From Octopus sinensis (taxonomy: Eukaryota): a stretch of 7,670 nt of DNA. Position 1 is the first letter of the stretch, and each line of letters begins with the position of its first letter. Both the position numbers and the translations under genes were made by a program. The DNA lies in the NCBI RefSeq assembly GCF_006345805.1, contig NW_021828799.1:1-7670 (forward strand), given 5' to 3'. Below are positions 6,418 to 7,670 of the stretch, one piece after another. The notes under the pieces are model-generated. The model was not told where the DNA came from. It saw only the letters and a program-made list of their open reading frames with translations, and did no database searches.

Positions 6418-6626
6418 GGCGCAGGAGTGGCTGTATGGTAAGTAACTTGCTTACCAACCACATGGTTCTGGGTTCAGTCCCACTGCGTGGCATCTTGGGC
6501 AAATGTCTTCTACTATAGCCTCGGGCTGACCAATGCCTTGTGAGTGGATTTGGTAGACGGAAACTGAAAGAAGCCCGTCGTATATATATATATATATATA
6601 TATATATAGGTGTGTGTGTGTGTGTG
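6418..6626 (+). mobile_element. tRNA-derived SINE family A, copy 4 (5' half only)
   Basis: GGCGCAGGAGTGGCTGTATGG...GAAAGAAGCCCGTCG (6418-6580), then TA/TG tract. The 3' half is absent. Confidence 0.9.
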
Positions 6627-6823
6627 GCAAGATGTATCTACCCCGATAATGTACGCTGGAAACAAGATACACATGTGAATGTACTCGGACATATATACCT
6701 TTATATGTCTATGTATGTATATTGTATATACATATATATGTATAGATACACACGCTCATACACACGAATATATATGGCCATAATCGTGCAATCATAGGGC
6801 TGAAACATATGAAACAATAAAAG

Positions 6824-6935
6824 TATATATATATATTGTGTGTGTGTTGTGTTGTGTGTGTGTGTATGTATGTATTATATATATATATATATATATAATA
6901 TATATAATATATATATATATAATATATATTATATG

Positions 6936-6980
<45 letters not shown>
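6824..6980 (+). repeat. TA/TG tracts followed by (GATA)11 at 6936-6979
   Basis: Read directly from the sequence. Confidence 0.92.
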
Positions 6981-7436
6981 TATAATAGGCCTATGTATAC
7001 ATATACATTATGTGACTATGAATAAATCCATATATATATATAGGTATGTGTGCGTGTGTGTGTGTATGTCAGTGAGTGTACATATATAGACTGAACCATA
7101 TAGACATATGCCTGCATCCGTCCGTCGATGAATGTATATATCTAATAATATACGCACACCTCGCCAGCTCGACCATCCGACCAACACCACATCATATTTA
7201 CAAACACCGGCAACTCTCTTAACTCAGGAGGGTCTTGTCGCTTTGGGAGCGTCCGCTCCGACCTCTCTTAACAAACAATTTGTATAAAACTCAAACAAAA
7301 ATATGAAACAAATAGCTCATACATAGCCATATGTGCACACACATGGACACACGGACACACGGATGTACAGATGTATATGCGATTCATAAGTCTTTCTAAC
7401 CGTCTGCCTGCATCTATAAATATATATATATATGAC

Positions 7437-7500
7437 TAAATGAAAGAATGGAGTCGAACGAATTTTCCATGCTGACGATAAACATAGGATAATTCATTCA
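7437..7500. mobile_element. Short relative of cassette 2 sharing both termini (TA-flanked)
   Basis: 7437-7461 is identical to 2883-2907 (25 bp) and 7485-7500 is identical to 3128-3143 (16 bp). The ~23-bp interior differs and has no hammerhead. Confidence 0.75.
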
Positions 7501-7540
7501 TCTATATATATATATATAGATATATATATATATATATATA

Positions 7541-7632
7541 CTCCTTCTTCCTTCTTTCTGAGCGTCCATAATACTATATTTATTCCACGTCCTCGTGTTG
7601 TGTCTTTTTTGTGCTTTCTTGTTTGGATTAAC
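7541..7632. other. Short T-rich island flanked on both sides by (TA)n; possible dispersed-repeat fragment
   Basis: Same TA-embedded layout as the cassettes at 2535, 2883 and 7437, but no second copy within the window. Confidence 0.3.
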
Positions 7633-7670
7633 TATATATATATATATATATTATATAAAATATTATTAGA

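Noticed and set aside
5707-6502. ORFs with poly-His/Gln/Ile (5930-6502, 5707-5997) and others in 6042-6441
   Set aside because: Derived from (GAT)n/(GTT)n and (CA)/(TA) repeats plus the SINE head.
6765-6825. GAAACATATG...AATAAAAG resembling the 3' half of hammerhead 2
   Set aside because: No CUGANGA core upstream, no UH triplet after the palindrome and no convincing stem II; at most a remnant.
7472-7478. CTGACGA core-like heptamer in the short element
   Set aside because: No downstream GAAA or pairing stems.

Overview
Repeat-saturated, AT-rich eukaryotic DNA with no intact protein-coding gene. The SINE families and the microsatellite density resemble octopus (cephalopod) genomic DNA; this is from recall, not a database search. 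The window contains (i) a dead but full-length Tc1/mariner element of maT/DD37D type (836-2040, minus) with TIRs and TA flanks, and (ii) a decayed DD34D mariner 3' fragment (~3875-4555, minus) interrupted by a SINE with a perfect 12-bp TSD. It also holds seven tRNA-headed SINE copies from four families and many TA/TG/CA/GATA/CT microsatellites. The most notable signal is two type I hammerhead ribozyme folds: 2571-2634 on the plus strand (core variant CCGAAGA) and 2923-3017 on the minus strand (canonical core, palindromic minimal stem III). Each lies in a ~260-bp non-coding cassette set in (TA)n, and the two are convergent. A 64-bp ribozyme-less element at 7437-7500 shares both termini with the second cassette. 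Together these look like microsatellite-associated Penelope-like/retrozyme-like non-autonomous elements. An unexplained CpG-rich block with strong G-quadruplex potential lies at ~4556-4795. Nearly all ORFs in the supplied track are microsatellite or antisense-repeat artefacts.
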